DNA of 38,017 nucleotides from NCBI GenBank assembly GCA_032123335.1, contig JAQBFN010000013.1, positions 1 through 38,017 of the forward strand, written 5' to 3'. A program made the position numbers and the translations under genes. Positions 28,777-36,944 of this stretch are shown one piece after another. The stretch's first letter is position 1. Each line of letters opens with the position of its first letter. The stretch comes from Candidatus Micrarchaeota archaeon. Lineage in GTDB: Archaea > Micrarchaeota > Micrarchaeia > Anstonellales > Bilamarchaeaceae. The notes under the pieces were generated by a model. The model saw only the letters and a program-made list of their open reading frames with translations. It did no database searches and was not told the DNA's origin.

Positions 28777-29319
28777 TTACCTATAACGAGCCCGTTTCTC
28801 AATTTTCTCTATTCTCGCAAGAACTTCCTTTGCCCCGGAGAATTTCCTGTATCCCCTCAAAAAGTGCTCTTTTTCCTTAATCCCCCGCAACATAGTAATA
28901 ACATCGTCTGCCATTCCCTCAATCTTCTTTGAAAATGAGCCCAGCCCAAAATCAATCACGTGCAGCCCGGAAGAATCCACAAGAATATTATATGGAGTAA
29001 AATCCCCATGCAGAATTCCTGCAGAGTGCAGTTTCCCAAGAACCTTCCCCGCTTTCTCCAGCTCACCTTTCTTCTCAGATAGCTTTTTCCCATTCAAGCG
29101 TTCAATCACAATATAATCCAAACCAACCTCATAAACAGTTGGGCAGGAAACACCAGCAAGCTTTGCTTTGTGCAGCAGCCTCGCTTCCCTCCGCGTACGC
29201 CCCAGCCGTATCCCCTCATCAATCTCCTCAATTCGATACCCTTTCTTCCTTCTCTCTTTCCTCAGCACATCCTCCCCAAGAAACTTCGCAGGCACAAGAA
29301 CAGCTTCAGCTCCCCGCAT
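28777..29319 (-). CDS. bud32: KEOPS complex kinase Bud32
   Basis: RGAEA, RTRREARLL, HGDFT..N, IDFGL, RARY; ATG overlaps the upstream TGA. Confidence 0.93.
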   Translation of the reverse strand: MRGAEAVLVPAKFLGEDVLRKERRKKGYRIEEIDEGIRLGRTRREARLLHKAKLAGVSCPTVYEVGLDYIVIERLNGKKLSEKKGELEKAGKVLGKLHSAGILHGDFTPYNILVDSSGLHVIDFGLGSFSKKIEGMADDVITMLRGIKEKEHFLRGYRKFSGAKEVLARIEKIEKRARYR

Positions 29320-29942
29320 CAGAAGCCCCCAAATGTGAAAAACAGGGCAAGCGTAAACAATGCAAATGCCCCATAAATAATTGGGTTCCATGCAAGCACT
29401 TTGCTCCCATCCAGAGGATAAATCGGAAGAAGGTTGAAAAGCGCAAGGAAGGTGTTTATCCATGCAATTGAGGACCAGAGTTCAATCCCGCCCAGTGCGC
29501 TGAGCACTGCAGGCCCGCTCACCATAAGCGCACCAATAGCCAGAATCGCAATAACAACATTGGTCACAGGCCCGGCAATCGAAATTATTCCATTTTCCTT
29601 CTTGGTTATCGGCCTTCCATCCCCGTGGATATAAACCGCACCCGGAGCAATAAACATAAACCTGGTGGGAAGGATCGCAAGCAGGAACATGAACCCAAGC
29701 CCCTTCGTCCACATCTTGAACTGTGCATAATGCCCAAAGTAATTCGCAGTGAATTTGTGCGCCAGCTCATGCAGGATGAACCCCATGCCAAGCGCAACCA
29801 AAAAGAATGAAGAAAGCGAAACAAACTCCTGCATTGCCCCAGGAAGTGCAAATATTCCAATCGAGTTTATGGAAAGCGCAAACGAAATAGCAATAACCGA
29901 AATAAGAATTTCTTTTGCTTCCTGGTTGCTTATCCCTATCAT
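29319..29942 (-). CDS. site-2 (M50) membrane metalloprotease
   Basis: HELAH, AGPVTN, FNLLPIYPLDG. Confidence 0.93.
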   Translation of the reverse strand: MIGISNQEAKEILISVIAISFALSINSIGIFALPGAMQEFVSLSSFFLVALGMGFILHELAHKFTANYFGHYAQFKMWTKGLGFMFLLAILPTRFMFIAPGAVYIHGDGRPITKKENGIISIAGPVTNVVIAILAIGALMVSGPAVLSALGGIELWSSIAWINTFLALFNLLPIYPLDGSKVLAWNPIIYGAFALFTLALFFTFGGF

Positions 29943-30322
29943 CTCATCACCTGCGTTCTCTCTTCGTACATAAGCTTTACGCGCGCATGCGAGAAAAGCC
30001 CCTGGTAGCTCTCAAGAATCCCTATCGCTTCCCTTCCCCTCGAAAGCTTTACGCGCACTTCATCACTAATCCTCCCGTCATCAAGCACAACCCCCGTAAA
30101 CCCAAGAAACTGGGGAAGCGCACCCTTCATAATCTGCACATTGTCCCCCTTCTTCACCCCCCGCACGTGCGGGTACCCAAGCACAAAAAGAAGCGAAATC
30201 CCGAAGGCCGCAGCCATGAATTTCGCAAGCGTAAGCAGCCCCATCCCCGGGTCCAGAGCAAACGCAATAAGGGCAACCGCGAAAAGCGCAACCATCAGCT
30301 TTACTCCTTCAATTGCAAGCAT
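29939..30322 (-). CDS. hypothetical membrane protein
   Basis: Two TM helices and a small beta domain; translationally coupled within the operon. Confidence 0.7.
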   Translation of the reverse strand: MLAIEGVKLMVALFAVALIAFALDPGMGLLTLAKFMAAAFGISLLFVLGYPHVRGVKKGDNVQIMKGALPQFLGFTGVVLDDGRISDEVRVKLSRGREAIGILESYQGLFSHARVKLMYEERTQVMR

Positions 30323-30327
30323 AATCC

Positions 30328-32520
30328 TTACCTGTACATATGATCCCCAAGTTCCTTCTTGAACTTCTCCACGCTTTCAACATCCTGCTTTCCAACCCTG
30401 GAACCAATAACCTTGAGCGCATTCTCGAAGTCCTTGGAGCTAACGTGGTCTTTGTCCTCCCGTATCGCCATCATTCCCGCTTCCCTGCAAAGGTTCTCAA
30501 TGTCTGCACCGGAATAATTTTCAGTTACTGATGCGAGATTCTTGATGCTTACTCCCCTGAGCGGCATCTTCTTTGTGTGCACATTGAATATTTCCTCCCT
30601 TGTCTTTAGATCAGGCAGGGGAATTCCCACAACACGGTCAAACCTTCCCGCGCGCAAAAGCGCCTTGTCCAGCATGTCCGGCCTGTTGGTTGCCGCAACC
30701 ACTACCACCTTTTTCATGGCCCTCAATCCATCCATTTCACTGAGTATCGTATCAACTACTCTTTCTGCAACAATGTGCCCCCCACCGCCTCCTCCACCGC
30801 GGGCAGGCGCAATCGCGTCAATCTCATCAATAAACAGAATACAGGGCGCAGCCTGCCTCGCCTTCCTGAATATTTCCCGAGTAACCTTTTCGCTTTCCCC
30901 CACCCATTTGGAGAAAATCTCAGGGCCGTTTATCGCAATAAAGTTTGCTTCACTTTCAGTTGCAATCGCCTTTGCAAGCAAAGTTTTACCCGTGCCCGGA
31001 GGTCCGTACATAAGGATTCCCCTCGCAGGCCGTATCCCCATTTTCTCGAACACTTCCGGCCTGTGCAGCGGGAGCTCAATCAATTCCCTGAGCTCAGTTT
31101 TTATGGATTCAAGCCCCCCAACATCATCCCAGTGCACATTGGGCCTTTCCACGAACACTTCCCTCAATGCAGATGGAGTTATCCCCTTCATCCCCTCAAA
31201 GAAGTCGTCCAATGTAACCTTCAAATCATCAAGAATCTCATCCGGAACATCATCCTCATCAATGTTGATTTTCTTCTTTTCCATCTCTGTCCGGAGCCTC
31301 CGTAGCGCACGCAGCGCAGCTTCCTTTGTAAGCAAGGAAATGTCTGCTCCAGTATATCCATGCGTAAGCGCAGCAAGCTCAGTGATTATTTTCTCACGGG
31401 TCTTGTCCGACCCAAGGGGCATATTCCTTGTATGTATGCGCATGATTGTTTCCCTGCCCATCCTGTCCGGGACCCCAATCTCAATCTCCCGGTCGAAACG
31501 CCCAGGCCTCCTGAGCGCAGGGTCAATCGAATCCACCCGGTTCGTAGCCGCAATCACAATCAGCTCCCCCCTGTTCTTCAGCCCATCCATAAGCGTAAGG
31601 AGCTGGCTCACCATCCTCCTTTCCACTTCCCCGGTTACCTCTTCCCTTTTGGGTGCAATCGCGTCAATCTCATCAATAAACAGGATGGAAGGCGCATTCT
31701 TCTGCGCATCTTCAAACAGCTGCCTCAGCTTCTGCTCACTCTCACCCACATACTTGCTTACGATTTCCGGCCCGCCAAGATAAAAGAAATTCGCATCGCT
31801 TTCATTTGCAACTGCCTTTGCAAGCAAGGTTTTACCTGTTCCCGGAGGCCCGGAAAGAAGCACTCCCTTTGGAGGCTCAATTCCCAGCCTTTCAAAGAGT
31901 TCAGGGTGCCTGAGCGGAAGCTCAACCATCTCCCTGATTTTCTGGATTTCCTCCCCAAGGCCCCCAACATCATCATAAGTTACCGAAGGAACATTCGCAA
32001 GATCCTTCACCGGTTCACTCTTAATCTCAATCTCTGTTTTGTCCGTAATCATCAATGAACCGGCAGGGTTTGTAGTGAACACAACAAGCCCAATCGGAGT
32101 TCCGAATACCCCAATCGGAAGCACATTCCCCTTAACCACAGGTTTCCCAACCAGCTTCTTTTTTACGTACTGGTCAAACCCTGCATGGAACCTCACCGGC
32201 TGCTGGGGCGCAAGCGTAATCTTCTTTGCTTCTTTCGCCTCAGTCTTGCTAACCTTTACTTTCTCCCCAAGCCCCACTCCTGAATTCTGCCTAAGAATCC
32301 CATCAACGCGGATTGCATCCTCCTCAGTATCCGAGGGGTGCGCAGGCCATACAATCGCAAGCGCGGTTTTCTTCCCGGAAAGCTTCACTACGTCCCCACT
32401 CGAAACTTCCAGGTCTTCCCTTGTCTTTGCACCAAGCCTCGCAATTCCTCTTCCCACGTCGTTAGTAAGCGCTTCTGCAACCTTAAGATAAATTGATTTT
32501 TTTTCTCCCACATTAATCAC
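30328..32520 (-). CDS. cdc48: CDC48/VAT AAA+ ATPase
   Basis: N-domain DVGRGIAR; two GPPGTGKT Walker A, FIDEIDAI Walker B and RPGRFDR motifs. Confidence 0.96.
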   Translation of the reverse strand: MINVGEKKSIYLKVAEALTNDVGRGIARLGAKTREDLEVSSGDVVKLSGKKTALAIVWPAHPSDTEEDAIRVDGILRQNSGVGLGEKVKVSKTEAKEAKKITLAPQQPVRFHAGFDQYVKKKLVGKPVVKGNVLPIGVFGTPIGLVVFTTNPAGSLMITDKTEIEIKSEPVKDLANVPSVTYDDVGGLGEEIQKIREMVELPLRHPELFERLGIEPPKGVLLSGPPGTGKTLLAKAVANESDANFFYLGGPEIVSKYVGESEQKLRQLFEDAQKNAPSILFIDEIDAIAPKREEVTGEVERRMVSQLLTLMDGLKNRGELIVIAATNRVDSIDPALRRPGRFDREIEIGVPDRMGRETIMRIHTRNMPLGSDKTREKIITELAALTHGYTGADISLLTKEAALRALRRLRTEMEKKKINIDEDDVPDEILDDLKVTLDDFFEGMKGITPSALREVFVERPNVHWDDVGGLESIKTELRELIELPLHRPEVFEKMGIRPARGILMYGPPGTGKTLLAKAIATESEANFIAINGPEIFSKWVGESEKVTREIFRKARQAAPCILFIDEIDAIAPARGGGGGGGHIVAERVVDTILSEMDGLRAMKKVVVVAATNRPDMLDKALLRAGRFDRVVGIPLPDLKTREEIFNVHTKKMPLRGVSIKNLASVTENYSGADIENLCREAGMMAIREDKDHVSSKDFENALKVIGSRVGKQDVESVEKFKKELGDHMYR

Positions 32521-33455
32521 CTTAATTCGGCCTGCTCAGCCACTTTCCCATCCTTTCCTTTCCTGAACATCATCAAAACATCTTTCCCAGCTATCTCGGG
32601 CAGCTTCATCTTCACTATCATGTGCAGGTCGATGTCCTCCTTTAAGTCTTTTAAGTTTAAAAACTTAATGAGGGTGTGCCTTTCCGCTGAAAATCTTTCA
32701 CCATCCGCAACCAGCACCGCTTTATCCCCGTCCCACTCAATTCCCTCAAGCTTCCCCCTGAAAATATTGTCCCGGTTTTTCTTCAGCAGCATCCTCGCCT
32801 TCCCTTCCACGAGTATCTCCGCTCCATTGTATCCAACCCCTTCAAGAAGCACAGAATCCCCTACCTGCAAATGTTCTCCCTTGGAAGGATTATTCACAAC
32901 AGAAACCGGAACCCCCTCAATCGAAAACACAAAGCTGTTCCCAATTTTTCCCTTTATCTCATCCACCTTCCCCACGCACATGAATTTTCCGCCTTCCTTA
33001 ACCTCAGAAACAGGAGTAACCTCCGCCTTTTTCACAACAGAGTAAGTAGTTTTGTACCCTACATTCACCTTCCCCATCTTCATGTATCCCTTCTTTATCT
33101 CAAGCATATCCCCCAAGTGCATCCCACCAGATTTTTTCGCTTCATCCCCCCAGAAATTCACGGAAGCCTCCCCGCTCCCATCAGAAACAACAAGCACCCT
33201 CAAAACAGCACCGGAAGGAAAGCTCCTAAGCGGCCCAATCTCCACTATTTCCACCCCCAAATCCACGGAGCCCATCCCCTCCACCAATTCAGAAACTTTC
33301 ATTACTTCCCGCTCAATAAGCCCCATCTCTGATGCAATAAGCTTCGCTGCAGCTTCCTTTGTAAGAAGCCCGTGGAAACCTTCCACCCTCTCCTTTACTT
33401 TTGTTTCAGCTTCCTCCGCACCCAGCTTCCCACTAAGAATTGAAAAGTAGTCCAT
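32517..33455 (-). CDS. rpa: replication protein A-like OB-fold protein
   Basis: FHGLLTKEAAAKLIASEMG N-domain and OB fold VSDGSGEASVNFWG. The upstream ORF-track extension overlaps the NFACT gene. Confidence 0.8.
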   Translation of the reverse strand: MDYFSILSGKLGAEEAETKVKERVEGFHGLLTKEAAAKLIASEMGLIEREVMKVSELVEGMGSVDLGVEIVEIGPLRSFPSGAVLRVLVVSDGSGEASVNFWGDEAKKSGGMHLGDMLEIKKGYMKMGKVNVGYKTTYSVVKKAEVTPVSEVKEGGKFMCVGKVDEIKGKIGNSFVFSIEGVPVSVVNNPSKGEHLQVGDSVLLEGVGYNGAEILVEGKARMLLKKNRDNIFRGKLEGIEWDGDKAVLVADGERFSAERHTLIKFLNLKDLKEDIDLHMIVKMKLPEIAGKDVLMMFRKGKDGKVAEQAELR

Positions 33456-33509
33456 TACTTGCTTTGAGGAGAAACCCCTTTTTAACCTCTCCTTTGGATA
33501 TTTTCCACT

Positions 33510-34520
33510 ATGCGCACAATGGCAAATCTCGATTACACATTCATGGCCCGCGAGCTCCAGCCATTGGCAGGCAAATTCTACGATAAATTCTACGAGCTGG
33601 GAGACGGAAAGTTCCGCCTCAAGTTCGGCCGGGACAACATCATAATCGAGCTCGGGATCCGCCTTCACAGAACAAAATACCTGGAGCAGGCCCCCGAAGC
33701 CACCCCCTTCGCAATGAAGGTGCGAAAGGAGCTCAAGGGAAAGCTCCTCACAAAGCTTTCCCAGCACAAAAAAGACCGCGTAATCATCTTTGATTTTGAT
33801 GGCACCCAGCTGATTGCGGAAATGTTCGCAACAGGAAACCTCCTTCTGGTGCGGGACGGAAAAATCCTTGCAGTTTATTCCAGAAAACACTGGAAGAGCC
33901 GTTCCCTTACTGCGAAATCAGTGTACAAACCCCCGCCCTCCGAAACCAAAACCCTTGAAGAGATATTCAATCTCAAAAGCGAAAGCCCAGTAGGCTCTGC
34001 GCTCCGCGCGCTGGATGTGGGGATGAGCTATGTGCGTTCAATTCTCAAGGATGCAGATATTCCTGATTCAAAACCCCTAAACGAGCTCACAAAAGAAGAG
34101 CAGGAAGCAATTGAAGAGGCATACAGAAAGCTCATGGGGAGCCTCGCCCCCCGCGTGCTTTATGCAGGGGAAACTCCTGAATCCTACTCCCTTTACGGAA
34201 AAGGAAAAAAATTCCCAACTCTTTCGGAAGCGCTGGACGAATACTATGGAATCCCCGAAGCCGAAGATGGGCAGGCAGAAGAGGACGACAAGGAGCTGGA
34301 GAAGCTCAAATACCTGCTGGAATCCCAGGAAGAAAGGCTCAAGGAACTCGCAGTTGAAGAGGAAGATGCAAAGAAAAAAGCAGACTATGTCTACGCACAT
34401 TACGAAGAAGTAGAGCAAATCCTGGAACTATATGACAGGAGCGGTATGGGGCCAGTGGAAAAGCTCGCAAAAGAAAAAGGCTGGAAATTAAATAAAAAAG
34501 AGAAAGAGCTTGAAATTTGA
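33510..34520 (+). CDS. Rqc2/RqcH (NFACT) family protein, N-terminal part only
   Basis: PFAMKVRKELKG..DRVIIF..LIAEMFATGNLLL..Y.PP, TLSEALDEYY and a coiled coil; no NFACT-R domain. Confidence 0.85.
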   Translation: MRTMANLDYTFMARELQPLAGKFYDKFYELGDGKFRLKFGRDNIIIELGIRLHRTKYLEQAPEATPFAMKVRKELKGKLLTKLSQHKKDRVIIFDFDGTQLIAEMFATGNLLLVRDGKILAVYSRKHWKSRSLTAKSVYKPPPSETKTLEEIFNLKSESPVGSALRALDVGMSYVRSILKDADIPDSKPLNELTKEEQEAIEEAYRKLMGSLAPRVLYAGETPESYSLYGKGKKFPTLSEALDEYYGIPEAEDGQAEEDDKELEKLKYLLESQEERLKELAVEEEDAKKKADYVYAHYEEVEQILELYDRSGMGPVEKLAKEKGWKLNKKEKELEI

Positions 34521-34535
34521 AAGAATTTCAAGCGT

Positions 34536-34594
34536 ATTCACGGATGTTGAACTCTGTTCAACAGATGTAACCTGAGGTTACACGGAACGTGAAT
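34536..34594. repeat. three-stem palindromic element between convergent genes
   Basis: ATTCACG/CGTGAAT encloses TGTTGAAC-TCT-GTTCAACA and TGTAACC-TGA-GGTTACA. Confidence 0.7.
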
Positions 34595-34607
34595 CTGAGT
34601 TGGAAAT

Positions 34608-35018
34608 CTAGTAGCCAACTTCCGAATTCTCCACAAGATACTGCTCAAGAACTTTTTTTGCTTTCCTGGGCCGGTTCACAGCTATCCCAACTATGCTGTC
34701 TTTCCCATCCCTGGAAACAAGGTTCAGGTTCTCCACATTTATCTTGCTGTCCGCAAGCATTTTTGCAACTTCGGAAAGTTTTCCGGGCGTATCCAAGATC
34801 TTTACAAAGATCACATTCCCTGAGCTTACCTTGAACCCGTTCCTCTTGAGAACATCCATTGCTTTCTGGCTGTTTTTTACAAGCACGGTAATAACCGATT
34901 TTCCTCCAACTGAGGTTACGGCAATGGACTCTATGTTTACCTTGGCCTTCCCGAGTATGTACGAAATGTCTGCGAGAAGCCCTACCTTATCCGGTGCTAT
35001 CACAGTTACGTCTTTCAT
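34608..35018 (-). CDS. tandem ACT domain protein (paralog of 311-703)
   Basis: DKVGLLADISYILGKAKVNI and DTPGKLSEVAKMLADSKINV. Confidence 0.87.
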   Translation of the reverse strand: MKDVTVIAPDKVGLLADISYILGKAKVNIESIAVTSVGGKSVITVLVKNSQKAMDVLKRNGFKVSSGNVIFVKILDTPGKLSEVAKMLADSKINVENLNLVSRDGKDSIVGIAVNRPRKAKKVLEQYLVENSEVGY

Positions 35019-35040
35019 TTATATCCCACCCCAATGCTGT

Positions 35041-35337
35041 TTATACTCTGTATAACTGTAAATGGGGAATGTTCTTTATATACTTAACGTCCTCCTCGTT
35101 TGCAAGCCCTTTTTCCAGTGCAACCCCCACCGCTTCTTTTCCCACAAGGTTTGCAGAGCCAAAACTAGCAAGCGCCCCAGCAACCTCTTCCGCAGTTGCT
35201 TCTTCCCCCCTGTAAAATGATGCATATGTTTTCAAATCCAGAACCGCATCCCCCTCTTCGAAAATCTGCCCAAGCAGCTCCGTATCGCACGCAGCAACTA
35301 CCTTTTTCCCTTCCTTTTCGGTCACTTTCAGGTACAT
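35041..35337 (-). CDS. DUF424 family protein
   Basis: VVAACD.ELLG..FY.G..ANLVG..AV..IPHLQ. Confidence 0.88.
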   Translation of the reverse strand: MYLKVTEKEGKKVVAACDTELLGQIFEEGDAVLDLKTYASFYRGEEATAEEVAGALASFGSANLVGKEAVGVALEKGLANEEDVKYIKNIPHLQLYRV

Positions 35338-35341
35338 CTAA

Positions 35342-36256
35342 TTATATCCTCCTGCCAAGTGCCCTGTCCATCACGTCTTTTTTGCTTATTCCCCTGGTTA
35401 TCGTTATTTCGTTTCCTGTTATAGTCATCTTTACTTCACTGATGTCCCGGCTCCTTATAAGCCCAAGGAACTGCTCCCTGAACCCCGCATCCTCAAACTT
35501 CCTGAGTATCCTGTTGTTTACTGTGAATGTGCACTGCCCATTGTCCACAAGCTCGCTCCATAGCCTCTCTCTTTTCTCCTCGTTTTTCTCCCAGTTGTTT
35601 GAGAAAATGGGCACCTTGTTCCCGGAGCTGCTGCTCAGGTACCATCCCCTGAAACCCGCTTCTTCTTTTTTCTTGGGAACTTTCACTGGCTTTCCTCCAG
35701 AAGCAAACAAATAATCTAAATCACCTGTTTTTGCGGGGATGCCGCCTCCAAGCGGGTCATAGTTCTCTAAGCTGTCCTCTACTATATCTCCTACCTCTTC
35801 CATGCCTTGCCTGAATTCGCTTGGCCCCTCACCCTCATTCCTAGCAATCCCAAGCAGTGTATTCTCCTTTGCACCAAGCAGCTTTTTTGCTTCCGCAAGC
35901 GTCAATTCCCTAGGGTCAAGGGTTACAGTAACATCCAGCTTCCCGTCATCTCTCTTTACAAAAGAACAGTCAATGTTTGTAAACAGCCCGCTCTTTTCCA
36001 GGAGCCTGTCAAATTTCACCAGCTCATCCATTGAATCAAAGGTGAGGTAGAACTCGCTTCCACTCCCCCTCTTGAAGAATGCCCTGAGAGAAATTTCATT
36101 TGCGCTTCCCAGCGGCCCGTGAATGTGCCTACTGAGCCTCGGGTTTTCAACATATTCTTTTGGGCGCGCAATTTGCAATGCCAGCCATGCAATAGCATCA
36201 TTTCTCAAGGTCTCAACAGAATCAGTTTTTTTTGGAGCAGTTTTCTGGGCACACAT
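35342..36256 (-). CDS. hypothetical protein
   Basis: About 304-aa ORF with GGTGA RBS; no recognised motif. Confidence 0.7.
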   Translation of the reverse strand: MCAQKTAPKKTDSVETLRNDAIAWLALQIARPKEYVENPRLSRHIHGPLGSANEISLRAFFKRGSGSEFYLTFDSMDELVKFDRLLEKSGLFTNIDCSFVKRDDGKLDVTVTLDPRELTLAEAKKLLGAKENTLLGIARNEGEGPSEFRQGMEEVGDIVEDSLENYDPLGGGIPAKTGDLDYLFASGGKPVKVPKKKEEAGFRGWYLSSSSGNKVPIFSNNWEKNEEKRERLWSELVDNGQCTFTVNNRILRKFEDAGFREQFLGLIRSRDISEVKMTITGNEITITRGISKKDVMDRALGRRI

Positions 36257-36302
36257 CAATCTTCACCAATAGAATTGCGCAGCAAAACAATAAAAAGTAA
36301 AT

Positions 36303-36557
36303 TGCCGGTCTGTTTGACCTTCGGTTAAATCCCGTCATTTTTTGCAGGCAAAAAATACCGGTTAAGCAACCTCCGTTGGCACTACGGTTGCATCCCAGCA
36401 TTTACTTCGTAAATGCCGGTTAAGTGAACTCTATGCAATCTACAATCGCATCTCTTGAGCAAAGCTCAAGATCCGTTCACAGCCCGTCAATTTTTGATTA
36501 TGCCGGCAGGCTTGGACTTCCGTCCAAGTGCCGTCAATTTGCTTCGCAAATTGCCGG
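36303..36557 (-). repeat. tandem array of four double-hairpin units delimited by the tRNA-Leu 3' end (CCGGYA)
   Basis: TRCCGG at 36303, 36356, 36414, 36501 and 36552; CCGTC/CCAGC in each unit; many hairpins, several with GAA loops on the minus strand. Confidence 0.75.
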
Positions 36558-36663
36558 AGGCAGGATTCGAACCTGCGTAGGCACTAAGCCACCAGATTGC
36601 GCATATGGGCCCTGAGGCCCGGTATCTTGAGTCTGGCGCGTTTGGCCGCTCCGCCACTCCGGC
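36552..36663 (-). tRNA. tRNA-Leu(CAA) with 28-nt intron (36598-36625) at position 37/38
   Basis: Acceptor GCCGGAG/CTCCGGC+A, CCAGA-CTCAAG[intron]A-TCTGG, variable arm, GGTTCGAATCC. Confidence 0.92.
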
Positions 36664-36677
36664 ATGAGTGCAACGAA

Positions 36678-36812
36678 TGCTGGAGGTAAGTTGCGTTAGC
36701 AACTTGGCGGGTATTCGCGTTTGCGCGAATCTGACCGCCACTCCGGCGCACCTTTTTACGGGCGTATTACTTCGGAGCAAAAAGCTGCGCCAAAACACAG
36801 CATTGCTCCGGC
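36678..36812 (-). repeat. two hairpin units beginning with the tRNA-Leu 5' end
   Basis: GCCGGAGTGGCGG (13 nt) duplicated at 36735-36747; GCCGGAG at 36806-36812. Confidence 0.65.
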
Positions 36813-36914
36813 TTTTTTGTCTTCTGCTGACGAGTTTTATCTCTGCAAACTTTATTTAACTCTATGTAATTAATCTGTTTTCTCAACTTCCATGTTTAAC
36901 CACAAATGGATACG

Positions 36915-36922
36915 TTTAAAAA
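36915..36922 (+). promoter_or_regulatory. TATA box
   Basis: TTTAAAAA about 23 nt before the ATG at 36945. Confidence 0.55.
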
Positions 36923-36944
36923 CATTTCCCTATAGTATATTGGT

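Noticed and set aside
30542..32491. Long plus-strand ORFs (413, 232, 176 and 150 aa)
   Set aside because: They are antisense to the conserved CDC48 gene.
33456..33890. N-terminal extension of the 457-aa ORF
   Set aside because: It overlaps the NFACT gene on the opposite strand; RPA homology starts at Met 33455.
36303..36557. CRISPR array interpretation
   Set aside because: The conserved parts are only 5-6 nt, the variable parts are palindromic, periods are irregular and no cas genes are present.
36678..36747. Split-tRNA half or additional tRNA
   Set aside because: It has no anticodon arm or T arm, and the adjacent tRNA-Leu is complete.
36487..36859. ORFs of 103 and 63 aa
   Set aside because: They overlap tRNA-Leu and the hairpin units and have no protein-like features.
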